Assembly (NCBI GenBank): GCA_963841435.1
Contig: CAWJCS010000006.1
Location: forward strand, 1,248,001 to 1,312,000
Source of the DNA: an uncultured delta proteobacterium
Lineage (GTDB): Bacteria; Myxococcota_A; Polyangia; Polyangiales; Polyangiaceae
Direction of reading: 5' to 3'
DNA: 64,000 nt
Each line of letters starts with the position of its first letter. Positions within the stretch are counted from its first letter, which is position 1. A program made the position numbers and the translations under genes. The notes below the pieces were generated by a model. It was not told the origin of the DNA. It searched no databases and saw only the letters and a program-made list of their open reading frames with translations. This document shows positions 9,386 through 22,198 of this stretch, piece after piece.

Positions 9386-10572
9386 CAGGGCTCCGCTCGA
9401 CAGCTCGCGAGCACCCGTTGTCCCGGGATGACGCTCCCGCTGCAGCGCGCCGTCGTGGCGCCGGATGTCGGAGCGGGGAAGGGCTTTGCCAGCACGTTCT
9501 GTTCGCCCCGCTCGAGGCCCCCGAATGCGACGAGCGCTCCACAGCTCCCGGGTCGGACGCTTTGGGTCGGGCCGCCCTCGAGCGAAAGGTCGAGCGCGCC
9601 GAGCTCGGTGCAGGAGACCCCGAGCGCCGCGCTCGCCGCGGCGGGGTCGACCTCGAGCGCGCCGCGGTCGGTGAGCGACTGGCAGCTTGCCATGATGGGC
9701 ACGCCCGGCGGGGGCTCCGCGAGGCAGGTCGTGCCCCAGGCCGGGGTGCTGTTGCCCGCCTCGAAGGCGGCCACGGCGAGCACGAGCGTGCGCCCGGGCG
9801 TGACGCCCATGAAGCGGACTTCGTCGTCGCACGCGGCGCTCACGGTGCCGCTCGGCCCCGTCACCTCGTAGTGCTCGATTTCACCCGGTCTCGAGCCGCA
9901 GGCGAGCGAGCCGCGCGCCGCGTCGAGCGATACGAAGACCTCGCCCAGCGCGTCGGGATCGCTGCCCGTGAGCGGGCTGCAGTTGCCAAGCTGTCGGATC
10001 ACCGCCTCGCGCGACGTGGCGGGTCCGCAGCTCGCACGCCAGCGTGCGGCGACGGGCTTGCGCGTGACGGCGTCGATCACCTCGGGTGTCGCGACCGGCG
10101 AGTCGGTGGTGGAAAGCTCGAGGCCGTCACGATCGAAGCCGAGGATCTCGGCACGGTAGCGGTGTCCGGGTGTCACCTTGCCGTAGCCTATCGCGGTCGT
10201 ACAGCTGGCGGGACCGGTGTTCGCGATCGGCGTGCCGCGCGCCGTCCCGAGCGCCCCGGCCGGGGCACCGCTCTCACCGCCGTCACCGCCCTGGCCGCCG
10301 GCGCCGGATGCGGCATCACCCGGCGCTCCGGCTCCGCCGTCGGTTGCGTCGTCCTCGACGCCGAGATCGAAGAACGTCGCCACGTACGAGCGCATGGCCC
10401 CGGTCGCATCGATGCACGCGACGCTGCCCAGAAAGTCCGTCGGAGACACCTCGACCAGTGTCGGGTGGACGATGTCCGGCACCGTGATGCTGTCCTGCGA
10501 GCAGCTGGCGGCGAGCGCCAACGGCCCGAGGACCGAGAAGGCGCGAGCGGCTCGAGAACGCGAGGCTTTCAT
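9385..10572 (-). CDS. Hypothetical Cys-rich lipoprotein
   Basis: MKASRSRAARAFSVLGPLALAASC signal/lipobox, many paired Cys, coupled to the rhomboid gene. Confidence 0.7.
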   Translation of the reverse strand: MKASRSRAARAFSVLGPLALAASCSQDSITVPDIVHPTLVEVSPTDFLGSVACIDATGAMRSYVATFFDLGVEDDATDGGAGAPGDAASGAGGQGGDGGESGAPAGALGTARGTPIANTGPASCTTAIGYGKVTPGHRYRAEILGFDRDGLELSTTDSPVATPEVIDAVTRKPVAARWRASCGPATSREAVIRQLGNCSPLTGSDPDALGEVFVSLDAARGSLACGSRPGEIEHYEVTGPSGTVSAACDDEVRFMGVTPGRTLVLAVAAFEAGNSTPAWGTTCLAEPPPGVPIMASCQSLTDRGALEVDPAAASAALGVSCTELGALDLSLEGGPTQSVRPGSCGALVAFGGLERGEQNVLAKPFPAPTSGATTARCSGSVIPGQRVLASCRAEP

Positions 10573-10756
10573 GTGCCCGGGGGCCATAGCACGAGCCACC
10601 GCGGGCGTTACAGCTCCTGAAGTGTCCCGCGAAACGGGCGCTGAGGCGGAGCGGAACGAGGAGCACGACCGGCGCTCGACGCGGGCTCGATGGCCCGGCA
10701 CGGCGGCCGAGAACGGGCTTGCGGCCATCGCGGGTTCGACCAAAGCTTCGCGGCCC

Positions 10757-12037
10757 ATGTCGCGCTCCGTCGTCGCCATCGTCCGTACCCGCCCCGAAAC
10801 GGTGCTCGAAGATTACCACCGCCTGATGAATCTCGCGGGGTACCAGAACGTCGTCGACAAGAGCGCGGACACGGCCCTCAAGGTCAACATTTCCTGGCAC
10901 TTCTTCTATCCGGGCTCCTCGACGACGCCCTGGCAGCTAGAAGGCGTGATCGGCGCCATGAAGCGCGACGGGTACTCGAGCGATCTCATTCATGCGTGCC
11001 ACAACCGCACCGTCGTGATCGACGCCCACCTCGGCGAGCGCGAAAACAAGCAGCTCAACGTCGTTCAGGCCCACGGGCTCCGCAACGTGCACCTCTACGA
11101 GGGCGAAGAGTGGATCGACGTGCGTGACGCCGTCGGGGACCTGACGAAGAAGTTCTTGTGTCTCAACGAGGTGTACCCCAAGGGCTTCAAGATCCCGAAG
11201 CGCTTCATCGGCGAAAACATCGTCCACTTGCCGACCATCAAGACGCACATCTTCACCACGACGACCGGCGCCATGAAAAACGCCTTCGGTGGGCTCCTGA
11301 ACGAGCACCGTCACTGGACCCACCCGGTCATTCACGAAACGCTCGTCAACCTCTTGATGATCCAGAAGAAGATCCACCGCGGGCTGTTCGCCGTGATGGA
11401 CGGCACCTTCGCGGGCGATGGCCCCGGGCCGCGTTGCATGGTGCCGCACGTCAAGAACGTCCTTTTGGCCTCCTCCGACCAGGTGGCGATCGACGCCGTG
11501 GCGGCAAAGCTCATGGGTTTCGATCCCATGCGCGATCTCAAGTTCGTGCGGCTCGCTCACGAGCAGGGCCTCGGTATCGGTGACCCGCGCGACATCGAGC
11601 TGGTCGGTGACATCGACGCGGGCAGCGAAAATTGGCACTTCGACGGCCCGTTCAAGGAAATGACGTTCGCCTCGCGCAACCAGCATCGCATCTACTGGGG
11701 GCCGCTGAAGAAGCCCGTCGAGTGGTCGCTGAAGACATGGCTCGCGCCGTGGGCCTACGTGGCCAGCGTCGCGTACCACGACCTTTTCTGGTACCCGTAC
11801 TACGGTAAGGCTCGCGTCGAGGCCGCGCTCAAGAGCGAGTGGGGGAGGCTCTTCGCGAACTGGGGCAAGGCGTTGCCCGGCGCCGACGGGCGCGGCTACC
11901 CCGACGTCGGGGTCGAGCACCCCGAGCTCGTGCGCACGGGGCTCAAGCATTTCGCCGAGGGCCTCCGGCTCGTCGGCATGGCCGTCGCCGAGAGCCCCGA
12001 GATGAAAAACAAGCGACGCAAGACCGTCGCCGTGTAG
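10757..12037 (+). CDS. DUF362-family protein (probable Fe-S associated)
   Basis: LKVNISWH, HLPTIKTH..TTTTGAMKNAFGGL, AVMDGTFAGDGPGP and DQVAIDAVAAKLMGFDP match the DUF362 pattern. Confidence 0.85.
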   Translation: MSRSVVAIVRTRPETVLEDYHRLMNLAGYQNVVDKSADTALKVNISWHFFYPGSSTTPWQLEGVIGAMKRDGYSSDLIHACHNRTVVIDAHLGERENKQLNVVQAHGLRNVHLYEGEEWIDVRDAVGDLTKKFLCLNEVYPKGFKIPKRFIGENIVHLPTIKTHIFTTTTGAMKNAFGGLLNEHRHWTHPVIHETLVNLLMIQKKIHRGLFAVMDGTFAGDGPGPRCMVPHVKNVLLASSDQVAIDAVAAKLMGFDPMRDLKFVRLAHEQGLGIGDPRDIELVGDIDAGSENWHFDGPFKEMTFASRNQHRIYWGPLKKPVEWSLKTWLAPWAYVASVAYHDLFWYPYYGKARVEAALKSEWGRLFANWGKALPGADGRGYPDVGVEHPELVRTGLKHFAEGLRLVGMAVAESPEMKNKRRKTVAV

Positions 12038-12083
12038 CGCCCGCGGGCTCCGCTTCGGCGCACGCCGAGTCGGAGCGTCGGCC

Positions 12084-12572
12084 CTATTTGCTCGCGACGC
12101 CGCCGGCGCCCGCTTCGCCGACGCTCGAAGGCGGGGTCGCCGTGAGGAACCCGCAGGCGACCGTCCGCTCCGGGTAGAGCACGACGTCGCAGGCCGTGAG
12201 CGCGCTGCCGCCTCCGAGTAGATCGCCGTCGGCGCAGTCCGCGATGCCGGCTTCCTTGCCCTCGGTGCTCGCGCAGCTCCCCGCCCACTCGATCGCCTGG
12301 ATGCAGCGGTTGACGGCATCCGGGGCCGGGGGAGCGACCGCGAGCCCGTGCAGGCAGTGGTCGCGATAGAAACGCTGGCAGCCCTCGACGTCCGTCACGA
12401 CGCCGCAGGATGCCGCCGCGCTGCAGCGAGCCCGCTCGATGTCGCGGCAATCCTCGACGCCCCGCGCGTCGGTGCCGCAGCCCGGGCTCGAAGCCACGCC
12501 GAAGCCGGCGAGCGCCCCGAGCAGGCCGAGGACGACCGTGCGCAGCGAGCGGAGAACGGGGTGCGGAGACAC
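12084..12572 (-). CDS. Hypothetical Cys-rich secreted/lipoprotein
   Basis: Hydrophobic VVLGLLGALAGFGVASSPGC followed by ~10 Cys. Start uncertain; GTG 12572 avoids overlap with the next gene. Confidence 0.6.
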   Translation of the reverse strand: MSPHPVLRSLRTVVLGLLGALAGFGVASSPGCGTDARGVEDCRDIERARCSAAASCGVVTDVEGCQRFYRDHCLHGLAVAPPAPDAVNRCIQAIEWAGSCASTEGKEAGIADCADGDLLGGGSALTACDVVLYPERTVACGFLTATPPSSVGEAGAGGVASK

Positions 12573-12664
12573 GCCGCTCGTCGGTAGCACCTCCGCGCCC
12601 GATAGGAGAACTTTTCGGCTGGGGCTTTCGAGTGGAGCTTTCGAGCTGCTAGCTTCGGGGGCGG

Positions 12665-13540
12665 ATGGCAAGCGTCATGGTGCTCGCCGCCGGCTTCGGC
12701 ACGCGCCTGCGGCCCCTCACCGACGAGCGTCCGAAGCCCGTGGTGCCGCTCGGTGACCGCATGCTCGTCGAGCACGTGCTCGACCGCCTCGCGGCCCAGG
12801 GGCTCCTGCCGGTGGTCGTGAACGCGCACCACCTCGTTGCCGTCCTCGAGCGGCTCCTCGCCGGCGTCGCGGGCGTCGAGCGCGTGGTCGAGGAACGCGA
12901 GATCCTCGGTACGGCCGGTGGCGTCGCCGGTGCGCGCGCCGTGCTCGGCCCGGGCGCTGTGCTCGTCACGAACGCCGACGTGCTCGCTCGGGTCGACGGG
13001 CGGCGGGTGCTCGACCAGACGCCCGAGGACGGGCTCTGCCTGGCGGTGGCGTGGCGCGAGAGGGGAGAGGGGACGGTCGGGGTCGGTGCAACGGGTCGGG
13101 TCGTGCGCCTGCGCGGCCAGCGCTTCGGCGAGGAGGTTGCGGGCGGCGATTACGTCTGCACCATGGGCATCGGTGGCGCCCTGCTCGCGGGGCTGCCCGA
13201 GCGGGGCTGCTTGATTGGCGACGTGGCGCTGCCGCTCGCCCGTGCGGGCGGGCCGGTGATGGCGCTCGAAGCCGGCGCGGAGCTCACGGCGCCCGGCGAT
13301 TCGCTACCGGGTTACCTCGCGGCGAACCTCGCGTGGCTCGACGCGCGCGGCGGGGCCGCGTACGTCGGCCCGCGAGCCCGGGTCGCGCCGGGCGTCGCGC
13401 TCGCGCGCGCCGTCGTGGGGGCGGACGCCCGCATCGTCGGGCAGGGTGCGCTCGAACGCGTCGTCGTCTGGCCCGGCGCCGAGGCGAGGGCGCCGCTCGC
13501 GGACGCCGTGGTGACGCTCGGCGGCGTCGTTCGCGTCTGA
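12665..13540 (+). CDS. Sugar-phosphate nucleotidyltransferase (NTP_transferase family)
   Basis: VMVLAAGFGTRLRPLTDERPKP, EILGTAGGV, VTNAD and a short C-terminal beta-helix-like region. Confidence 0.9.
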   Translation: MASVMVLAAGFGTRLRPLTDERPKPVVPLGDRMLVEHVLDRLAAQGLLPVVVNAHHLVAVLERLLAGVAGVERVVEEREILGTAGGVAGARAVLGPGAVLVTNADVLARVDGRRVLDQTPEDGLCLAVAWRERGEGTVGVGATGRVVRLRGQRFGEEVAGGDYVCTMGIGGALLAGLPERGCLIGDVALPLARAGGPVMALEAGAELTAPGDSLPGYLAANLAWLDARGGAAYVGPRARVAPGVALARAVVGADARIVGQGALERVVVWPGAEARAPLADAVVTLGGVVRV

Positions 13541-13585
13541 GGGCTCCGTTCGCCCGCAACGCACCGTGCTAGACGGCCGGCACCC

Positions 13586-14851
13586 ATGGCCGATTCGCTC
13601 GCGCTGCCTGCCGACGCGCTCCTGCTCGGGCGAGCGCTCGCTGGCCGGCCGGGGCTTTCGCTGGTTCGCTCCGCAGACGGCCTCGCCACGTACCTCGGCT
13701 GCGATCCGGTTGACCGGCGCGAAGAGCCCGACCCCGAGCCGTCGCTTCCCATCGCGCCGCGCGCGGGAGGCGAGATCCCCCGTTGGATCGGCTACTTGCC
13801 CTACGAAGCTCAGCGATGGGTCGAACGCAGCCCCGAGCCGGACCTGCGACCCCCCAGCACGGCGTCGCGCCCGTGCTGGAAGCGGTACGCAGCGCTCGTA
13901 AAAATAACCAATCAAGTCGAGGTAGTTGGTGACGATTCTCAGGCCATTTATGAGCTTCGAGAACGGCTCGAGAGTGGCCTCCGGCAGCCGGCGTCGCCGG
14001 GCGAAGCGGGGCTTTTGCTGACGCGTGCCGAGCCGGGGGCGCTCCATGCTGCGCGCATCCGCGAGGCGCTGGCGCTCATTGCTCGCGGCGAGATCTACCA
14101 AGTGAATCTCGCGCGCCGCTTCGAGCTCGGCGTGCGCGGCCGGATCCTCGAGCTGCTCTTCGCGCTCTGCCCGGGGGGGCTCACGCGCAACGCCGTGGCG
14201 CTCGACTGGGAGCCGGTCGGCGTCGCAGCGGCGAGCCCGGAGCTCTTCCTCGAGCTCACGGGCAACGGGGAGCTTCGCACGACGCCCATCAAGGGCACGC
14301 GCCCGCGCTCGAACGATGTGGCGCAAGACGAGCTCGTCGCCCGCGCGCTCGATGCCGATCCCAAAGAGCGGGCGGAGCTTGCCATGGTGATCGACATCGA
14401 GCGAAACGATCTCGGCCGCATCGCACGACCCGGCAGCGTGCGCCTCAGCGAGCCGCCGCACGTCGAGCGGCTCGCGACCGTGCATCACCGCATGGCGACC
14501 GTGGCGGCCTCGCTGCGGCCCGGGATCGGGCGGCGGGAGGTGCTCGAGGCCATGCTGCCGAGCGGGAGTGTCACCGGGGCGCCCAAGGTACGCGCCATGG
14601 AGGTCATTCGCGCGCTCGAGCCCGTCCGCCGGGGTCTTTACACGGGTGCCGTCGGCTTCGTCCGCTCGGACGGCGGTCTCGAGCTCGGCATGGCGATCCG
14701 CACGCTCACGGTCGAGGACGGCCGGGGAACGTACTTTTCGGGTGGCGGCATCGTCGCGGACAGCGATCCGGAGCGAGAGGTCGAGGAGACGCTCTGGAAG
14801 GCTCGCCGGCTCATCGAGCTTTCGGGTGTCGGCATCGAAAACTGGGCCTGA
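13586..14851 (+). CDS. Chorismate-binding enzyme (aminodeoxychorismate synthase / anthranilate synthase component I family)
   Basis: GEIYQVNLARR, ASPELFL, TTPIKGTRPR, KERAELAMVIDIERNDLGRI, PSGSVTGAPKVRAM, RGLYTGAVG, AIRT and GGGIVADS. Confidence 0.92.
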   Translation: MADSLALPADALLLGRALAGRPGLSLVRSADGLATYLGCDPVDRREEPDPEPSLPIAPRAGGEIPRWIGYLPYEAQRWVERSPEPDLRPPSTASRPCWKRYAALVKITNQVEVVGDDSQAIYELRERLESGLRQPASPGEAGLLLTRAEPGALHAARIREALALIARGEIYQVNLARRFELGVRGRILELLFALCPGGLTRNAVALDWEPVGVAAASPELFLELTGNGELRTTPIKGTRPRSNDVAQDELVARALDADPKERAELAMVIDIERNDLGRIARPGSVRLSEPPHVERLATVHHRMATVAASLRPGIGRREVLEAMLPSGSVTGAPKVRAMEVIRALEPVRRGLYTGAVGFVRSDGGLELGMAIRTLTVEDGRGTYFSGGGIVADSDPEREVEETLWKARRLIELSGVGIENWA

Positions 14852-14879
14852 ACGCACGCGGGGGCCTAGTGAGCAGGGG

Positions 14880-15701
14880 ATGCAGTCGGTGAACGTCCGT
14901 AATCTGGACGACATCCAGGAACAGGATCGGCCCCTCGGGTCCTCGCGTGCGGCGGCGCTGCTGCTTGCGTCGCTAGCGGGCGCCGCGATCGTGACGGCGG
15001 TCGTCGTCATGGCGCGACGCAGCGGTCCTCCCGCCACGGCGACTCGGGACCCGCTCGCCGAGCTCGTGCGTGAGGCGAAGAGCGAGCCGACCCCCGCGGA
15101 TAGGCTCGCAACGGGCGACGTGTCCTTCCCGCGCATCCTGAGTGACGACGAGTCGCCAACGACGGCGCTCGCCGCCGTGAGAGACGAGCGGGGGCGCCTC
15201 GTCGCGCAGGGGGACGCGCCGGCCGCGGCGACGCCGCCCGCGCCCGCCGACCGACTTCCGGTCGTGCCACTGCCCGTCGGCGATCTGCTGGGCGCGACCC
15301 CCGTCACGACCGAGCCCAAGGACGGCCTCACCACGCTGGCTGCCGATGTGGCGAAAGTCCCCGATCACGGGGAGGTCGCCCCGCCGGGGATGGACGGTGG
15401 CTTCCAGCTCCAGGTTGCAAGCTTCAAGGAGCCCGCCGACGCCGACAAGCTCGTCGAGAACCTGCGGCGCCGCGGTCATCGCGCCTACAGTCTGGCGGCG
15501 GAGGTGCCCAACCGCGGCAAGTGGTACCGGGTTCGCATCGGGCCGTTCAAGTCCAAGTTCGAGGCCGCAAAATACAAGGCCGAGTTCGAGCGCACGGAGC
15601 GGGCATCGCCGTTCGTCGTGGATCCCGACAAAGTCCGGCGTGCCGAGGAGGTCCGGGCCGCCCGGGTCGCGGCGCGAGAGCGCAAAGACAAAAAGCGCTA
15701 G
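14880..15701 (+). CDS. SPOR-domain membrane protein (FtsN/DedD-like)
   Basis: N-terminal TM helix, Pro-rich linker, and C-terminal FQLQVASFK...WYRVRIGPF SPOR motif. Confidence 0.85.
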   Translation: MQSVNVRNLDDIQEQDRPLGSSRAAALLLASLAGAAIVTAVVVMARRSGPPATATRDPLAELVREAKSEPTPADRLATGDVSFPRILSDDESPTTALAAVRDERGRLVAQGDAPAAATPPAPADRLPVVPLPVGDLLGATPVTTEPKDGLTTLAADVAKVPDHGEVAPPGMDGGFQLQVASFKEPADADKLVENLRRRGHRAYSLAAEVPNRGKWYRVRIGPFKSKFEAAKYKAEFERTERASPFVVDPDKVRRAEEVRAARVAARERKDKKR

Positions 15702-15845
15702 CCAGGCCGCGCCGGGCCGGCGAGGCTTTCCGGCGCGGAAGGGTCAGGATGAGCGCGGGGGTGCAAGTTCGTGATTCCCAAGACCACGCTGGAGCGACTT
15801 GAACCGAGATCAGGCGCCCGAGCGGGCGGCGAGGAGCGAACGTCG

Positions 15846-17078
15846 ATGACATCGTGGTCGAAAACGGCAGGGCTGTGCTTCATCACCGGGCTCGGCGTCG
15901 CCACGCCAGGCTGCACCGGGTCGGACGGCAGCGGGTCACCGACGGGCGCGGGCGTGGGGGGTACCCTCGGCGGAACCGCCGGGACCGCCGGAACGGCGGG
16001 GATGGCGGGCGGGTCGAGCGGTGGCGCCGGGGTGGGGGGCCAGGGCGGCGGCACGGCTGGCGCGGCCGGGCTTGGCGGCGGAGCTGGTGCGGCGGGGACA
16101 GGCGGCGCAGGAGGTGCCGGAGTCGGCGGCCTCGCAGGTGACGGCGGCACGAGCGGCGGCGCCGGCACGAGCGGTGACGCCGGCACGAGCGGTGACGCCG
16201 GCACGAGCGGTGACGCTGGCACGAGCGGCGCCGGCGGCGTGGCGGGCAACGGCGGCGCTGGCGCGGCCGGTGCGGGCGCGGGTGGTGCCGGGGCAGGCGG
16301 CGCGGGCGCAGGCGGTGCCGGAACGGGCGGAGGGGGCGGAGCCGCCGACTGCAAGGGCAATGCGCTCTCGCTAAGCTCGAACGTTGCGGGCGGCTCCGAC
16401 CCGGCCAAGTCGCGCGTCATGGTCGACTTCGGCCAGAGCGCGGATCTACCGCTCGGCAATTCGAACCGCACCGTGGAATTCTGGGCGTACGTTCTTACGA
16501 CGAGCTGGGTCGGCGAGAACAACACGATGTTCGAGTACGGCGATCAGAGCACGCAAAACGCGGGCTTCGGGCTCGACTTCGGCGGCAACAACGCAACGAT
16601 GGATCCGTACACGAACGGCTCGTTCGACAACGACAACCAGCCGAGCGGGCTCATGGAATCACCCGACCAGTGGGTGCATTTCGCCATGACGTACGACGGC
16701 AGCGCCGTGCGCCTTTACGTGAACGCGATGATCAGCTCGACGAGGATGTCGTCCGGCAACATGCTGCAGACGGCGCGCACGCAGCTCACGATCGGCGGAA
16801 ATCCCCGCGGTAGCTACTTCAACGGCACGATCGAGGAGTTTCGCCTCTGGAACGTCGCCCGGACGCAGCAACAGATCCAGAGCACCATGAACGTCACGCT
16901 GGCCGGCGACGAGCCGGGCCTCGTGGGCTACTGGAAGTTCAACGAGACGAGCGGCACGACGGCCGCCGATTCAGTGACGAGCGCCGGCCACACGCCGCAC
17001 GACGGCGTCCTCATGGCGACGAACCAGAACCAGCTGCCGACGTTCATCGCGTCGACGGCCATGCTCGACTGCCCGTAG
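15846..17078 (+). CDS. Secreted LamG/concanavalin-like jelly-roll protein with Gly-rich stalk
   Basis: GAGGAG RBS, signal ending in PGC, GTSGDA repeats, then TVEFW, WVHFAMTYDG..VRLYVN, FNGTIEEFRLWNVART and LVGYWKFNE. Confidence 0.85.
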   Translation: MTSWSKTAGLCFITGLGVATPGCTGSDGSGSPTGAGVGGTLGGTAGTAGTAGMAGGSSGGAGVGGQGGGTAGAAGLGGGAGAAGTGGAGGAGVGGLAGDGGTSGGAGTSGDAGTSGDAGTSGDAGTSGAGGVAGNGGAGAAGAGAGGAGAGGAGAGGAGTGGGGGAADCKGNALSLSSNVAGGSDPAKSRVMVDFGQSADLPLGNSNRTVEFWAYVLTTSWVGENNTMFEYGDQSTQNAGFGLDFGGNNATMDPYTNGSFDNDNQPSGLMESPDQWVHFAMTYDGSAVRLYVNAMISSTRMSSGNMLQTARTQLTIGGNPRGSYFNGTIEEFRLWNVARTQQQIQSTMNVTLAGDEPGLVGYWKFNETSGTTAADSVTSAGHTPHDGVLMATNQNQLPTFIASTAMLDCP

Positions 17079-17110
17079 CGCAACGCTTGCGGTCGCGGCG
17101 GGGCGGCGCG

Positions 17111-18239
17111 TTAGCCGGCGCGCTTGCGACTGAGCTGCTGCTGGACCATCTGCGCGACGGCCCCGCTCACGTTCTTGCTGCGGCTGAGCGAGCGCAGATC
17201 GCTCTCGCGAAGGTGCGACACGAGCCGGCTCGCGAAGGTGAGGGGTGTGCGCGGGTTCGTCACGAGGTTCAGCTTCACCTGATAGTTTCGGACGAGGTCG
17301 CGGTTCATGGCGACGATGCGCAGCACGTCGTCCGACATGGCGCGGCTCGCCGTGATTTGCACGGCCTCGGGCTCGCGCAACTGCGGGCTGCGCGCCGCGG
17401 CCGACGACACGAGCCGGTTGGGGTCGCGCACGAGCAGCAGGATCTCGGCGGGCTTGCCCATGGAGGCGAGCCGGATTTTCTCGCTGATGCTGCTGCCGGC
17501 GAGGCGTACGTGTAGCGGCAAGAACTTCTCTTTGACCCTCTCCTCGCCCTCGTCGTCAACCTCGTGCGTATCCTCCGTGGCCTCGTCGGGCAGCTCGTCG
17601 GCGATGGCGCGCACCTCCTTGAAGTGCACGTCGTCGAAGGTCGGTTCTTCCGCCGGCTCGGGGATGAGCTGCTCCATGATGGCGGCGGCAGCTTCCTTGA
17701 ACGCGGGGATGCCGAGCTCGATGTTGTTGCGCACGGCGAGCTCGACGAGCCGGTCCGCCGTTGAACATGCGGACGGCCCGGTTCATGTAGAGCTTCTCGA
17801 TCACGCTCGGGTGCTTGAGCATGAGCTCTTCGTTGGTGGCGATGATCTCGCCCGAGCGCTCGTCAGCCGAGCTGGCCAGCTTCTCGAGCGCCTCGCGCGT
17901 CGTGCGCGGCATGCGCAGAAGGGCGAGCACGAGATCGGGATCGCGGGGTTGGGCGTCCGCGAGCTCCTCGATCACCGTCGCCGCGAGGTCCTGCGTGAGC
18001 GCGCCCGCGAGCACCGGTCCGGGCAGCTTTGCGAGCGTGGCGCGGGCCGTGGACGCAACCTCGGGTGAGCCGGTTCGGGCGAGCACCGCCACCACGGTCA
18101 CGAGATCCCCGGGCTTGAGGCCCGGCAGCACGCCGCGCGCCGCCATGGTGCGTAGCGGTGCTGGCGCGTCTTGAGCGAGCGCCTTCTGCGCCGGAGGAGG
18201 CAACGCGCTCACGTCAACGTCGATCTCGGCCAAGGTCAT
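17111..18239 (-). pseudogene. Conserved hypothetical helical-repeat protein split by a +1 frameshift near 17765 (probably an intact gene with a sequence error)
   Basis: ORFs 17556..18239 and 17111..17734 join if ATGTTCAACGGCG is read as ATG TCG ACG GCG, giving YMNRAVRM-STADRLVELAVRNN. Both halves show coding bias. Confidence 0.75.
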
Positions 18240-18325
18240 GATTATTCCAGAGACCGAGGGACCCGTCGAGCGCGTGTTCTGCTACGCTCTTCTCGGGCGG
18301 TTCGACCCGAAACGCAGGAGAGCGC

Positions 18326-19633
18326 ATGGGTATCGTGGATTTCGTCAAGGGTGGCGTCCAGCGCATGATGATCGCGCGCCCGGACGCGGACAAAGACAAG
18401 GTCGTTTTCAAGCATCCGGACCAGACGTTTTCCTTCTGGAGTCAGCTCACCGTCGATGCCGACGAATGCGCGGTCTTCTTTCGCGATGGCAATCCCGTGG
18501 CGACGCTCGGCCCCGGGCGGCACACGCTGCAGACGCAGAATTACCCGTTCCTGAACACGCTCGTCAACAAGTTCACGGGCGGCAACGTGTTCATCAGCGA
18601 GATCTTCTTCGTGCTGACGCGCCCGCTCTACAACCAGGGTTTCGGCGACACGATCGGCTCGATGCGCGATCCCGAGCTCGAGATCCGCGTGACCCCGCGT
18701 GCGTTCGGCACGTTCTCGTACCGCGTCGTCAACCCCCTGCGCTTCATCGTGTGGTTCCGCGGTCAGGCGAGTGGCGATCCGAACGACTCGCCCCGCTGGA
18801 TTCAGGACATGCTTTTCATGGGTCTGCGCGCGACGCTCACGCGCATGCTGAAGGCCGGCGAGCTCAGCCTGCTCGATCTTGGCACGTGCGGTCCCGACGT
18901 GGCGCGCGCCATCGTGCAAAGCTGTCCGGATCTTGCCGCGATCGGCGTCCAGGTGCTCGAGGTCGCGAAGCTCAACGTGAACCTTTCGGAGGAGGACCAA
19001 GCACGCATCGACGGCATGCAGGATCAGATCGTGCAGGCCAACGTCGATGCCAAGGCGGCGCAGCGCCGCATCAAGCAAGCCGAGGCCGAGGCCGCGCAAC
19101 GGCAGTTCCAGCTCGATCAGGATTTCGCGAACCGGGCGCGCTACATGAATCAGCTCGACATGGCGCGCTACCAGCAGTTTGCGGGCGCCGAGGCGGCGCT
19201 GGGCCTCGGGCAGGGTCTCGCGCAGGGCGGCGACGGCGGCGGCGCGGCGGCTGCAGGCGCGGCGGGCGGTCTCGCGCTCGGCGTCGGCATGGCTGCGGGC
19301 GGCCGCTTCGGCATGCAGGGCTATCCGCCGCCCGGCTACCCACCGCCCGGCTACCCGCCGCCCGGTTATGGTCCGCCCCCTGGCTACGGCGCTCCTCCGG
19401 GCTACCCCCCGCCTGGCTACGGCGCTCCTCCGGGCTACCCCCCGCCCCAGCAGGGTGCGGCGCCCGCTTACGCGCCGCCGCCGGCCGCGCCCGCCCCGCC
19501 GCCCCAGGCGTCTCCGGGGCCGACCGCGGGCGCCCCGGGTGAGGAGGCGAGCGCGCGGTGTGGAGCGTGTGGATCGCAAAATCCCGCGCGGGCGCGCTTT
19601 TGCGCTGATTGCGGTGGCAAGCTCTCGACTTGA
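18326..19633 (+). CDS. SPFH/band-7 (YdjI-like) protein with PPGY-rich tail and C-terminal zinc ribbon
   Basis: SQLTVDADECAVFFRDG...GPGRHTLQTQNYPFL, RAFGTFSYRV, coiled coil, GYPPP repeats and CGACG...FCADCG. GGAG RBS. Confidence 0.85.
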   Translation: MGIVDFVKGGVQRMMIARPDADKDKVVFKHPDQTFSFWSQLTVDADECAVFFRDGNPVATLGPGRHTLQTQNYPFLNTLVNKFTGGNVFISEIFFVLTRPLYNQGFGDTIGSMRDPELEIRVTPRAFGTFSYRVVNPLRFIVWFRGQASGDPNDSPRWIQDMLFMGLRATLTRMLKAGELSLLDLGTCGPDVARAIVQSCPDLAAIGVQVLEVAKLNVNLSEEDQARIDGMQDQIVQANVDAKAAQRRIKQAEAEAAQRQFQLDQDFANRARYMNQLDMARYQQFAGAEAALGLGQGLAQGGDGGGAAAAGAAGGLALGVGMAAGGRFGMQGYPPPGYPPPGYPPPGYGPPPGYGAPPGYPPPGYGAPPGYPPPQQGAAPAYAPPPAAPAPPPQASPGPTAGAPGEEASARCGACGSQNPARARFCADCGGKLST

Positions 19634-19711
19634 CAGTCGTCGGCCGCGTCGCGACGCTTGACGTGGTAGGGCTAGGCGGCGCGAGAGATCTTCGGATCAG
19701 GGTTTCGGAAC

Positions 19712-22144
<2,433 letters not shown>

Positions 22145-22198
22145 GCCGCGCCGGACCTCCGGGCAGCTCGCTCGCCGGCCGCAACGCGAGGATGACCT

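Noticed and set aside
16146-16340. GTSGDA/GAGGA coding repeats (also 30430-30790 and the GYPPP repeats at 19318-19450)
   Set aside because: Ordinary low-complexity linkers common in myxobacterial proteins.
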